Shown: piece after piece, positions 28,367 to 38,213 of the stretch | How positions within the stretch are numbered: the first letter of the stretch is position 1 | Layout of the letters: every line of letters starts with the position of its first letter | Source: Holosporaceae bacterium UBA7879 | Lineage (GTDB): Bacteria; Pseudomonadota; Alphaproteobacteria; UBA7879 | Assembly: GCA_002500565.1 (NCBI GenBank) | Contig: DLRV01000011.1 | Location: forward strand, 42,019-106,018 | DNA: 64,000 nucleotides | Reading direction: 5' to 3' | The notes under the pieces: generated by a model | What the model was told of the DNA's origin: nothing | Seen by the model: the letters and a program-made list of their open reading frames with translations, nothing else | Database searches by the model: none | Translations under genes and position numbers: made by a program

Positions 28367-29197
28367 TTACAGTTTATAACTTAGAGTCATCATCAAACGT
28401 GTTTGTTTTGGCTTAACTTTAATGATTGTGTCTTCACCACGGTCATCCTCAAAATCGTGCTTCACATTTTGAAAGCGACGGTGGCTGAAATCAATAGATC
28501 CTATCCAATCTTCAGAGAATTGGTGAACAAAACCAAAACCCACATCAACACCGAAAACCTTTTCACGGCGCTTTAGTAACTGGTTATCAAGAGCCCCCGG
28601 CACACCACCCCTTGGATGGTTAGCAATACGGCTGTGGGAACTGAACTGAGCAAAGACCGGCCCTGCGCGCAGGTATGCCGCTGTTGCTGGAGCAAAACGC
28701 CAACCAAACTTTTGAATTAAAGCAACGGCAAAATCTTGACGGTATTTCGTTTGCACATCAGTTGCATTAACCACACCATTAACCACATTTACACGTGAAT
28801 TTTTCTTAGACCATGTCTGTGGCCCGGTCATTTCAGCTTCCAAAGACATAAATGTGTTTGGGAACACGCGCATGTAACCAGCAACAATCCCACCAACAGG
28901 CGTTGTTTTTTCTAACTTACGTGTTGCATCCATGTTCACAACACCATTGTTATCTGTTACTTCTAGGTTTTCCTTACCACTGTCGCGGATCACACCCCCT
29001 GTCAAACCCAAATAAAATCCATCTGTCAGACCTTCGGTTGAGGTGTAAACAGTGTTGCTCTTTTGATCAGCGATATTTTTCATGGCACCGCAATTACATT
29101 GAACAGTTTCTGCTACTGCAAGATTAGCACTTAGCGCTAGAACAGAAGTTAAAATTTTAAATTTGGACATGGATATACTCATATTATTTTGCTGCAA
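28367..29197 (-). CDS. outer-membrane beta-barrel protein (OmpA/OmpW-like surface antigen family)
   Basis: 276 aa; signal peptide (probable start MSKFKILTSVLALSANLAVA), alternating hydrophobic beta-strand pattern, C-terminal aromatic-rich strand. Confidence 0.5.
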   Translation of the reverse strand: MQQNNMSISMSKFKILTSVLALSANLAVAETVQCNCGAMKNIADQKSNTVYTSTEGLTDGFYLGLTGGVIRDSGKENLEVTDNNGVVNMDATRKLEKTTPVGGIVAGYMRVFPNTFMSLEAEMTGPQTWSKKNSRVNVVNGVVNATDVQTKYRQDFAVALIQKFGWRFAPATAAYLRAGPVFAQFSSHSRIANHPRGGVPGALDNQLLKRREKVFGVDVGFGFVHQFSEDWIGSIDFSHRRFQNVKHDFEDDRGEDTIIKVKPKQTRLMMTLSYKL

Positions 29198-29327
29198 ATT
29201 ATCAGATATTAATTTTTAGTCAATATTAATTAGGGGAGTGTTTAGACAATATTTGTTTTTTTAAGAACTATTTTTAATGATTCTAATATTGTGGGAAATT
29301 TTTTATTAAGCTTATGGCAATAAAAAA

Positions 29328-29343
29328 GGAGCCCGAGGGCTCC
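29328..29343 (-). terminator. rho-independent terminator of tlc
   Basis: GGAGCCCGAGGGCTCC hairpin followed on minus strand by TTTTTTATT; 35 bp after tlc stop. Confidence 0.65.
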
Positions 29344-29378
29344 TTTCGTTTACAGGGAAAATGAAAGACTTGTGTTTG

Positions 29379-30914
29379 TTAAGCCTTTGCAGATTCTTTT
29401 TCTTTGGCTTCATTGGCTTTCTTAAACTCAATGCTAAGCTTACCAATAGCATAGAACCAAACCACCATGATGGCAATCACAAAGATAAACAAGTATGGCG
29501 CGATTACATCGTATGGGTTCAAGGCTGATCCAGCAATGGTTGCAATCATCAAACTTTGAATCAACGCACCACCAGATTTACCCAAACGGCCACCAACCAC
29601 ATCAACGGCTGCCTTACCTTTAGATTTCAATTCATCAGAAAGTGGGATGTACGACATCTCTTTGGTTGCATCAAACAATGAGTACTTGGTTGATTTACTG
29701 AATACTTGGAAGAACAATCCAACATATACAGACAACATGAGTGGTGAGGCACCAAGCAATGTGTAGAGCCAAGTAAGAAGGTCTTCCGCCAAAATCGTGG
29801 TGAAGAAGATCGCCCCGGTTGTAACAATCATGATTGGTGTCAAGATTGCCGCAACAAACCAACCCCAAACACGGACAATGTTTTGACCGATCAACATAAA
29901 GATAATGGTCACAAATGCGTTTAGTACAGCGAACTGACCAAAGAAGCTTGATTTTGCTGCTTTGTCAGGGAAGAAAGAACTTACGCGTGATTTCCAGCTT
30001 ACCTCAATTAGATTCACAGAAACACCATATCCAACCACCAAGATCAAGATCAACATTAGGTACTTAGAAGACAGAATCAATTTCATGCTGTCACCCAATG
30101 ACATTTTTTCTTTTTTCTTCTTCGGTTTCACATCAGCTGGATCGTACAAACGAGGATCAGACATCACAGATGTATTGGTAAAGCGGTACAGGTACATAAA
30201 GACAAACGCGAACAAAATCACTGGAATCAGGTTCATCAACGTGTGAACATCCCCGGCGTTGTAACCAGAGATAACGATGGCTTCAGACAATGGTTTTGTC
30301 CATTGCATCACCCCACCAGCAAGCATACCACCAAAATTACCGATCAAACCAAACATCGCATAGTAACGTGTTGCTTCACTTACCCGCGTAATTTGGTTAG
30401 CAAACTGCCAGAAAAGAAGAGAAACAACAACACTGCCCCACAATTCAGCCATGGCGTAGTAAAGGGCATAGAACCATTTACCAAAGGTAATCACAACCCA
30501 GTAGAGTGGTGGAACAACCTGACCAACAGAGCGCAACGTTTCCATGTCTGCCATGAGGTAATCTCTAAATGGGTACAGAAGGAAACCCCATACTGATAGG
30601 AACACTACAAAGATCATCGTACAGGTGTAGAATAGCTTCTGACGCGATAAAGAGTTGCTCATTTTTGAGTAAAGAACAAAAAATAACGTTGCCAATGGCA
30701 ATGTAATCAGAAGTTTACAAATGTTAATCGCCGCGGCATCACCCATTTCAGAAAGGACGATCGCATCTTTACTGTTCCGCAAAACAGTGTAGTTGTATAG
30801 CGCGCAAAACATCATAAGCGCCATGGGTAAAAACTTCTTTACCTCAAAGCTATGGATAGGCCAGAAAATACCTCTCAGGCCGGAAAACTGTGGTTTTGTT
30901 TTAGTCACTGACAT
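29379..30914 (-). CDS. tlc: ATP/ADP translocase (nucleotide transporter, NTT family)
   Basis: 511 aa, 12 TM; N-terminal region FSGLRGIFWPIHSFEVKKFLPMALMMFCALYNYTVLRNSKDAIV is highly characteristic of Tlc/NTT transporters of Rickettsiales, Holosporales and Chlamydiae. Confidence 0.85.
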   Translation of the reverse strand: MSVTKTKPQFSGLRGIFWPIHSFEVKKFLPMALMMFCALYNYTVLRNSKDAIVLSEMGDAAAINICKLLITLPLATLFFVLYSKMSNSLSRQKLFYTCTMIFVVFLSVWGFLLYPFRDYLMADMETLRSVGQVVPPLYWVVITFGKWFYALYYAMAELWGSVVVSLLFWQFANQITRVSEATRYYAMFGLIGNFGGMLAGGVMQWTKPLSEAIVISGYNAGDVHTLMNLIPVILFAFVFMYLYRFTNTSVMSDPRLYDPADVKPKKKKEKMSLGDSMKLILSSKYLMLILILVVGYGVSVNLIEVSWKSRVSSFFPDKAAKSSFFGQFAVLNAFVTIIFMLIGQNIVRVWGWFVAAILTPIMIVTTGAIFFTTILAEDLLTWLYTLLGASPLMLSVYVGLFFQVFSKSTKYSLFDATKEMSYIPLSDELKSKGKAAVDVVGGRLGKSGGALIQSLMIATIAGSALNPYDVIAPYLFIFVIAIMVVWFYAIGKLSIEFKKANEAKEKESAKA

Positions 30915-31005
30915 TTAGCAAACTCCTTTGTTGTCAATTCAGAAGCTTACCCTTTATCATATTTAGAAAATAAATCAAGGGCAATCTACAAGGAATATTA
31001 ACAAT

Positions 31006-32208
31006 CTATTGACACTGCACTTTATAATTCTTAGAAGCCACACCTTTAAAATAAAACTCCAAGCCCATCATTGCCACATGGCGGCTTAAGGCTGGGTTTC
31101 CCGAAAAGTGGCTATTGGCGCCGTTCCGGGTTAGCCACTCAGCCAATGTTTTAGCCGTCATATCAATGCGTGTCTGGTTAAGCAAGCCCCGCCCTTTTTC
31201 AGCCTGCCGAAGTTGCCACAAGCTATAGTGCAAAACCACCAATAATTTTTTCATGAATAATTGCTGGTGTTCCCGGCACGTTACACGTCCCTCAAAATAA
31301 ACGTCCAGCATTTTTTGATCTTGCGCGGGACTTAAAGCAAAAAAAACACTTACCGCTGCCAAATCATCAAACGCATCGCCCGTGCTGGAATCTCCCCAAT
31401 CAATCAGTTTTATTCCACGCGCGGTTTGTAAAACATGGCTTTGCTGCAGATCGCCATGAATCATCACCATCGGCTCTGGCTGCAAGTTTTCAACCACCAA
31501 CTTCACCGACCGTCTTAACGCTTTTAAATCAACCACAGTTGACTTGATCTTTTGCAGTTCATCAATCCGACGCACAACCCGATCTTCAATTCGGGTAACA
31601 CGTGGATAAAGGCGCTGATCGGCTGGCACTGCATGTACTTTTTTCAAAAGCTTCGTTAACGATTCTAAATCCTGATCAGATAAAGGAATCGATAATGTCT
31701 CCCCCTCTAACCACGGCCAAATCAAAAACCCAGCCTCGGGATCATCAATTGAAATTTCCGGCCCGAATCCAAGCGCTCCTGCTAAGCTTGCTCGATAGAC
31801 GCCGCGCTTATTGGCATAAGCTGTTCGGCCAAACAGCCGCAACCCCCTTTCTTTTGAGCTGCATTTGATGTGATAAACCTGATCAGGTTTTTGACTTCTC
31901 GGTCGATAGACGCACGCACCAATATCCTTCTTACCAATAGCCTCTCTCAATTTTGAAGATACTTTTTTGGGTAATGTCGGCAATAACCTATTCAATGGCT
32001 GGTCAGCCAACACGCCTGGCGCAACCAACGCCTCAGACTGCATACAAAGCCCAACAAACAGAACCAATATCAGCCGATAGATACCCCCCATCAAAGAAGC
32101 AGCAACCGACCTATTCCAAAGTCCGGGCCACTTCTTCAATTTCAGAGCACTCAATAAAGTCACCTTCGCGCAGATCATTATAGTTTTCAAACGCCATCCC
32201 ACATTCAT
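31006..32208 (-). CDS. phosphotransferase-family protein (APH/choline-kinase-like kinase fold) with N-terminal hydrophobic region
   Basis: 400 aa; Brenner motif MIHGDLQQSHVL and IDWGDS (HGDxxxxN / DWE-like) of APH/ChoK family; N-terminal hydrophobic segments. Confidence 0.55.
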   Translation of the reverse strand: MNVGWRLKTIMICAKVTLLSALKLKKWPGLWNRSVAASLMGGIYRLILVLFVGLCMQSEALVAPGVLADQPLNRLLPTLPKKVSSKLREAIGKKDIGACVYRPRSQKPDQVYHIKCSSKERGLRLFGRTAYANKRGVYRASLAGALGFGPEISIDDPEAGFLIWPWLEGETLSIPLSDQDLESLTKLLKKVHAVPADQRLYPRVTRIEDRVVRRIDELQKIKSTVVDLKALRRSVKLVVENLQPEPMVMIHGDLQQSHVLQTARGIKLIDWGDSSTGDAFDDLAAVSVFFALSPAQDQKMLDVYFEGRVTCREHQQLFMKKLLVVLHYSLWQLRQAEKGRGLLNQTRIDMTAKTLAEWLTRNGANSHFSGNPALSRHVAMMGLEFYFKGVASKNYKVQCQ

Positions 32209-34672
32209 ATGATTGCTTCACTTCTTTAACTTCATCTTTAAAGCGTTTTAACGTTTTCAGCTTGCCCTCATGAATCACAACGTTATCACGAAGCAAGCGA
32301 ACTTTTGATCCACGCTTGACAACGCCTTCTGTCACATAACAACCCGCAATGGTTCCCAGCTTAGAAATTTTAAAGATCTGTTTAATTTCGGCTTTCCCAA
32401 TAAACTTCTCTTGCTTGATTGGTGAGAGCATACCACTTAGAACCGCTTTCACATCATCGATCAAATCATAAATGATCGAGTAATAACGAATCTCCACCCC
32501 TTCACGTTCAGCCATGTCCCGCGCCAGCGCATTGGCCCGCACATTAAACCCAACGATCAACGCATTTGAAGCATTGGCCAAAGTTACATCCGATTCGGTA
32601 ATTTCTCCCACGCTCATGTGAGCTACTTTTACTTCAACAGTTTCAGAGTTAATTTTGGTCAGCGCCCCCGCAATGGCTTCTGATGACCCATGCGCATCTG
32701 ATTTAATGATCACACTTAAAACTGTTTTGTCACCTTCTTTAGAGGGTCCAAACAAGTTGTCTTTTTTCAATTTATCTTGCTTGGCTGCTTCTTTTTCTTT
32801 TTGGCGCTTCAAACGGAACTCAGCCACTTCTTTCGTGCGTGCTTCATCCTCCAACACCAGGAATGAATCCCCTGCAACCGGCACTCCATTAAAACCAATA
32901 ATCTCAACGGGCTCTGCAGGAATCGCCGTTTTAATCTGTTCACCCTTATCATTAACCATGGCACGCACCCGGCCATACTGGGCGCCACACACGAAAGTGT
33001 CCCCAATCTTCAACGTTCCTTTTTGAATCAAAACCGTTGCAACTGGTCCACGACCCCGATCCAACCGCGATTCAATGACAATTCCCATCGCTGTCCGATC
33101 AACCGGCGCTTTCAGATCAAGCAATTCAGATTGCAAGAGGATTGCTTCAACCAGCCCATCTAAATTCATTTTTTCTTTTGCTGATACTTCAACCGCTAAA
33201 ATATCCCCACTCAGGTCTTCCACAACCAATTCGTATTGCAACAGCTCATTCTTAACCCGCATGGCATCTGCCTCGGGCTTGTCCATTTTATTGATCGCAA
33301 CAATAATGGGGACTTTAGCAGCTTTAGCATGATTAATTGCCTCAACTGTTTGGTCTTTAATGCCATCGTCTGCTGCAACCACCAAAACCACAATATCCGT
33401 TGCTTGCGCTCCACGGGCCCGCATTTCCGTAAAGGCGGCATGGCCAGGTGTGTCAATAAATGTGATTTTACGCCCATCTTTCGATTGAATCTGATACGCC
33501 CCGATATGCTGGGTAATTCCCCCTGCTTCACCACTCACCACATTTGTTGAACGCATCACATCAAGAAGCGATGTTTTACCATGGTCCACGTGGCCCATAA
33601 TGGTTACAACGGGCGGACGGTCCACAAATTCGCTGCCTTTATCTTCTAAAGCTTCAGCTTCCAACAGTTCACGTTCCAAATCATCATTGGAAACCCGTTT
33701 AACTGTATGCCCCAATTCAGTTGCCACCAACTCAGCTGTATCAACATCCAACACCTGGGTAATGGTCGCCATTGTTCCCATACCCATCAGGGTTTTAATC
33801 ACATCAGCTGCTCGCTCAGCCATCCGGTTGGCAAGCTCTTGCACGGTAATGGTTTCTGGAATTGTCACCTGACGCGAAATTTTTTGCGCTGGCTCGCCGG
33901 AGTCCATCATCTTCTTTTTTTCTTTTTCCCGTGCCCGCATCAAGGATGCCTTACTCCGCATCCGCACATCATCATTGGTGTTTAAGGCTTGAGAAACCGT
34001 CAATTTACCCGAACGCCTTGGCGCTTCACGGCGGGTTACAACTTTACGGTCGTCTTTACGCGGCTGGCTTAAAGCCGCCTTACCTGATTTTTTCGGGCCG
34101 CCCCCACCTGCAACATCATCATCAAAACGGGGTTGTGGGGCATGTCGACGACCAACAGACGACTCAGGCTTTTTTTCTTTCTCTACAGCTGCGGCAGCTG
34201 CTTCAGCAGCTTTACGTTCCGCTTCTTCAACAGCACGCTTCTTTTCTTCGAGTTGGCGCTGCGCTGCTTCCAACTCTTCAATTTCGTCTTGTTTTTGCCT
34301 GTCTTGCTGGTGCTGCTGGCCAAGTGTCGTAACTTGATCCTGCAGCGCTTTTAAGCGATCTTGTAAAGAAACAGAGGTTTCTTCTTCTGTAGAATGCGCA
34401 TTTGATACATCATTCTCAATAGGCGCTTCTGGACGCTTAAGGGTTGATTGATCAATTTGCATGCCCCGCATGCGTGATCCTGATGACCGCGCATCAGAGG
34501 CAGTCGTAGATTTCAAACTGCCACGTCGCGGTGATTTAGACTTCTTAACCTCAATGATGGTTTTATTGCCAGATGATCCCGCGCCGACTGAATCAATTTT
34601 CAGTTTTTTAGAGAGGGTTAGCGGTTTTTTGGTATCATCTGTCATCGTTAAATCTTTCTCTAAATTGCCCAC
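32111..34672 (-). CDS. infB: translation initiation factor IF-2
   Basis: 853 aa; G domain [21 protein letters not shown]; Lys/Glu/Ala-rich N-terminal region; downstream of nusA. Confidence 0.9.
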   Translation of the reverse strand: MGNLEKDLTMTDDTKKPLTLSKKLKIDSVGAGSSGNKTIIEVKKSKSPRRGSLKSTTASDARSSGSRMRGMQIDQSTLKRPEAPIENDVSNAHSTEEETSVSLQDRLKALQDQVTTLGQQHQQDRQKQDEIEELEAAQRQLEEKKRAVEEAERKAAEAAAAAVEKEKKPESSVGRRHAPQPRFDDDVAGGGGPKKSGKAALSQPRKDDRKVVTRREAPRRSGKLTVSQALNTNDDVRMRSKASLMRAREKEKKKMMDSGEPAQKISRQVTIPETITVQELANRMAERAADVIKTLMGMGTMATITQVLDVDTAELVATELGHTVKRVSNDDLERELLEAEALEDKGSEFVDRPPVVTIMGHVDHGKTSLLDVMRSTNVVSGEAGGITQHIGAYQIQSKDGRKITFIDTPGHAAFTEMRARGAQATDIVVLVVAADDGIKDQTVEAINHAKAAKVPIIVAINKMDKPEADAMRVKNELLQYELVVEDLSGDILAVEVSAKEKMNLDGLVEAILLQSELLDLKAPVDRTAMGIVIESRLDRGRGPVATVLIQKGTLKIGDTFVCGAQYGRVRAMVNDKGEQIKTAIPAEPVEIIGFNGVPVAGDSFLVLEDEARTKEVAEFRLKRQKEKEAAKQDKLKKDNLFGPSKEGDKTVLSVIIKSDAHGSSEAIAGALTKINSETVEVKVAHMSVGEITESDVTLANASNALIVGFNVRANALARDMAEREGVEIRYYSIIYDLIDDVKAVLSGMLSPIKQEKFIGKAEIKQIFKISKLGTIAGCYVTEGVVKRGSKVRLLRDNVVIHEGKLKTLKRFKDEVKEVKQSYECGMAFENYNDLREGDFIECSEIEEVARTLE

Positions 34673-34711
34673 ACTTTAAACGAATCACCACAAAAAAAAC
34701 AAGCAGTGTTT

Positions 34712-36253
34712 TTACGCTTTTGTATCGGCCTCATCCTTTTCAACAGAAGCTTCTGTTGCATCGTCATCAAACCAGTGTGCACGCGCTTGCATAATGATAT
34801 CATTGGCGACATCCAGCGAGATATTATCTTCGCCAAACATTTCCACCAATTCATCACCCGCCAAGTCAGCTAAATCATCCAGTGTGCGACAATTGTTTTC
34901 AGCCAGTACCATAAGCAATTCCGGCGTCAAAGGTTCAAACTCACTAAGGGATTTATCCACGCCCATCTCGGCAACTTTTTTCTTAATTTCTTGATGGCGT
35001 TTTTCAACAGCGGCTTGAGCACGTTTTTGCAGTTCTGTTGCTAAGCCCTCTTCAAATCCTTCTATTTCAAGCATTTCTTCAAGGTCACAGAAGGCAATCG
35101 CATCGAGTGTATCAAACCCTTCAGAAATCAATAAGTGTGCAATCACCTCGTCAATTCCTAATTCGTTAATAAGATCTGTTGAAACTTGCTTAAATTCATC
35201 GTTACGTTTTTGCGTATCATCAGATTCCGACATGACGCTAACTTCAAGCCCCGTCAGCAAGCTTGCCAAGCGAACGTTCTGTCCGCGCCGGCCAATGGCA
35301 ATACTTAAGTTATCGTCCGGCACAACCACTTGAACCCGGCGGGATTCTTCATCATATACCACACGGGAAATGTCAGCCGGCGCCAGTGCACTAATCACAA
35401 AACTGGGGACATCCGCTGTCCATGGCACAATGTCCACACGCTCACCTTGCAGCTCATTCACCACGGCTTGCACACGGCTTCCACGCACACCCACACACGA
35501 TCCCACGGGGTCAATGGTTTGGTCATTGGTCCGTACAGCAATTTTCGCGCGGCTGCCTGGATCCCGCGCAACAGATAAAATTTCGATCACACCTTCATAA
35601 ACCTCAGGCACTTCTTGTGTAAACAATTTGGCCATAAATTGTGGATGTGACCTTGAAAGAAAGATCTGTGGCCCACGCGTATCGCGCACAACCTCCAGAA
35701 TGTAAGCCCGCACGCGGTCACCGGGGCGCAACACCTCACGGGGGATGGCCTCGTCACGGCGCAGCACACATTCGTTCCGGTTCACATCAATAATGTAATT
35801 CCCATATTCAACCCGTTTAACAATTCCGCTGATGATCTCACCAACTTTGTCTTTAAACTCTTCGTACTGACGCTCTTTTTCAGCTTCTTTAACGCGGTAA
35901 TTAACAATTTGCCGCGCTGTTTGCGCTGCCATCCGCCCAAAAGAAACCGGGGGCAAAACATCGGTTAAGTACTGGCCAACCGTTGCCTCGGGCTGTTCTT
36001 CTTTTGCCGCTGCCAAGGAAATTTGTTTGTTTTCATCCTCAACCTCTTCCACCACTTCACGGTAACGTTTGATGGTAATTTCACCGGTTTTGCGATCAAT
36101 GGTCACACGAATATCATGGTCCATACCGTACTTGTTCAAAGCAATTTTCTGAATTGCTTCTTCCATTGCTTGAATGACTGTTTCGCGGTCAATCAACTTC
36201 TCGCGGGCAACAACATCAGCAACTTGTAAAATTTCGTTATGGACAGTAACCAT
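34712..36253 (-). CDS. nusA: transcription termination/antitermination factor NusA
   Basis: 513 aa; S1 and KH domains (GRRGQNVRLASLLTG), C-terminal acidic repeats; classic nusA-infB arrangement. Confidence 0.9.
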   Translation of the reverse strand: MVTVHNEILQVADVVAREKLIDRETVIQAMEEAIQKIALNKYGMDHDIRVTIDRKTGEITIKRYREVVEEVEDENKQISLAAAKEEQPEATVGQYLTDVLPPVSFGRMAAQTARQIVNYRVKEAEKERQYEEFKDKVGEIISGIVKRVEYGNYIIDVNRNECVLRRDEAIPREVLRPGDRVRAYILEVVRDTRGPQIFLSRSHPQFMAKLFTQEVPEVYEGVIEILSVARDPGSRAKIAVRTNDQTIDPVGSCVGVRGSRVQAVVNELQGERVDIVPWTADVPSFVISALAPADISRVVYDEESRRVQVVVPDDNLSIAIGRRGQNVRLASLLTGLEVSVMSESDDTQKRNDEFKQVSTDLINELGIDEVIAHLLISEGFDTLDAIAFCDLEEMLEIEGFEEGLATELQKRAQAAVEKRHQEIKKKVAEMGVDKSLSEFEPLTPELLMVLAENNCRTLDDLADLAGDELVEMFGEDNISLDVANDIIMQARAHWFDDDATEASVEKDEADTKA

Positions 36254-36451
36254 TTCTATTTCCTCTTAAGTTTAATTTTAATGCCATACGCCACATACAC
36301 AAAAGGGGGATCTAAAATCCCCCACTTCAATGAAGTAGCAACAATTTCAACCGTAGTATATCCAGCCCCTCTCAGATTTCAAGAAGAAAAACCACGCTTT
36401 TCAAACATCGACAAATAAAGCTTTTTTCAGAGAGAATATTAAGAAAAAAAA

Positions 36452-36466
36452 CCAGCGCAAAGCTGG
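36452..36466 (-). terminator. rho-independent terminator candidate
   Basis: CCAGCGCAAAGCTGG hairpin preceded on plus strand by A9 (T-run on minus), immediately after the stop of the 36469..37881 gene. Confidence 0.55.
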
Positions 36467-36468
36467 CT

Positions 36469-37809
36469 TTATTCACACCTTCTTTGTAACAAAACCTCCG
36501 AGAGTGTTGAGCCATCTCCAATTTCTGGAAGCTTATCTTCCATCAAAACCCTTAAGAAGTTATCATCACCAACTTTTCTAGAAACTGAAGTCCCCACCAT
36601 TAAACTTTCAAAAAACTTGGCAAAATACTCTTCTAAAAAACCTGGCTCACAATAGGATCTGTAGCATCTTGCAAAAAGGAGATGTGGTTCTTCTCCTTTA
36701 TCTTCCATCAGTCGCTCATAATTTCTTCTTAACAACCCTTGCATATTTTCCCTTGTCCACAATGAGACCTTTTTTGCCATAAACGCTCCATAGCGTTCAT
36801 TGGGCGCAAATATTTCTCCAACTACCTCAGCACACTTTTCAACAAAATCAGCCAAAGAACCTTCTTTTTGTTGCTCACTCGCCTCTCGTAAATCCTGAAC
36901 ACTAACTTGAACAGAATAATTTGGTGCGGTCATATTTTTTTCAAAATCTTCCGATGATAAAAGAACACCCTTATCATTTCGTGGATTACAAACTTCACCC
37001 AGATAGTGAATTTGACCTCCATTTTTAAGCCTAACCGTTACTTGCTCTACGATTACTCCTCTATTACGCTGCAAAAACTCTTTATAAGGCTCATAATCCT
37101 CGACTGAAAATCTCAAAGGACTTAAACATAAATAAGCAATATTCATAAAAGCTCCTGGCGCAGCGATACTTCCAACAATATCCCTAAATTTTTCTATTGT
37201 CTCCTCAGGCATAAAATGTAAAAGGTTACGTACCACAATAAGGTCAAATTCAGCACCCTCTTTTGCCAATTTTTTTAGAACTTTAAGAAAATCTCCCTTA
37301 ACAAATCGCGTTTTCCCAAGCTTTAAAGATTTTAGATTTTTATTGTAATAGTCGATAGCTTCTTGTAAAGCAGGCCGGCTTAAATCATTAAGCACAACCT
37401 CTTCTGCACCAGCCAATAAAAATAAAAAAGAATGAACTCCAAAAGCACCGCCCAATTCTAAAACTTTTGCACCTTCGGCTTTTTCCAGCATTGCATGCAA
37501 AGTTTGAAAGGTATAGTTAAAATGCACGCCGTAAGTAACCTCACCGTCTTGAGCAACATTTTGCGCACGTTTTTTTTTCATAATCTCCAAAATATCACGA
37601 GCTGCTGGCTTTCTGTCTTCTGTGAAAAATTTTTCAACAAGCATATCTTCCGTAAAACCAGCAGACACTAAACTTTCAATACTGGATGAAAGAGTGGGCG
37701 CGGGCACTGCTGCTCCACCTGCACAACCATCGGGTTCTTCTCCCCCCAGGACAGCAAAAACATTAGAAGTCATTAAAGTAATTAAAAGTAAGTATAGGCA
37801 AGGTTTCAT
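36469..37809 (-). CDS. secreted class I SAM-dependent methyltransferase (effector candidate)
   Basis: ORF 36469..37881; probable start MKPCLYLLLITLMTSNVFAV (signal peptide); motif I VLELGGAFGVHSFLFLLAGAEEVVLNDLS and downstream Rossmann motifs. Confidence 0.55.
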   Translation of the reverse strand: MKPCLYLLLITLMTSNVFAVLGGEEPDGCAGGAAVPAPTLSSSIESLVSAGFTEDMLVEKFFTEDRKPAARDILEIMKKKRAQNVAQDGEVTYGVHFNYTFQTLHAMLEKAEGAKVLELGGAFGVHSFLFLLAGAEEVVLNDLSRPALQEAIDYYNKNLKSLKLGKTRFVKGDFLKVLKKLAKEGAEFDLIVVRNLLHFMPEETIEKFRDIVGSIAAPGAFMNIAYLCLSPLRFSVEDYEPYKEFLQRNRGVIVEQVTVRLKNGGQIHYLGEVCNPRNDKGVLLSSEDFEKNMTAPNYSVQVSVQDLREASEQQKEGSLADFVEKCAEVVGEIFAPNERYGAFMAKKVSLWTRENMQGLLRRNYERLMEDKGEEPHLLFARCYRSYCEPGFLEEYFAKFFESLMVGTSVSRKVGDDNFLRVLMEDKLPEIGDGSTLSEVLLQRRCE

Positions 37810-38213
37810 TTTTATTAACTTTTTTATTTTTATATTCAGATAAAAAGTGCAAGTCAAATAAAAAAGCTTTGTCCAAAACACTCAGAACAATAAAACTTCA
37901 AAATAATATTATGTAACAAAATATAAAGCAAACAAAGCATCCACACGGGGAAATCGAGCTAATACACACAATTTAAATCCAAATCACCTAATATGTGACA
38001 AGCCTAATCAGCTTTAATTCAAATTTTTGTGTACCTATAAAGCAACTCTATATTTCTAACCCTCATGACAACAACCCGGTAAAAATACGGGTATGGATCC
38101 CGACAAAATAGCACCCCCTGAACAACTTACAAAAAACGCCTCACACATAAAAAAACTCCCTTCAAACAAATTGTTGAAGGGAGCAAGTGTTTTAAAAAGT
38201 TAATCAATAGCTT

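Noticed and set aside
32655-36229. Numerous 60-160-aa ORFs overlapping infB and nusA on the opposite strand
   Set aside because: Embedded in strongly supported essential genes; no independent signals.
36254-36468. Expected rimP upstream of nusA
   Set aside because: No ORF present in the 215-bp gap; rimP is either elsewhere or absent. Noted but there is no feature to report.
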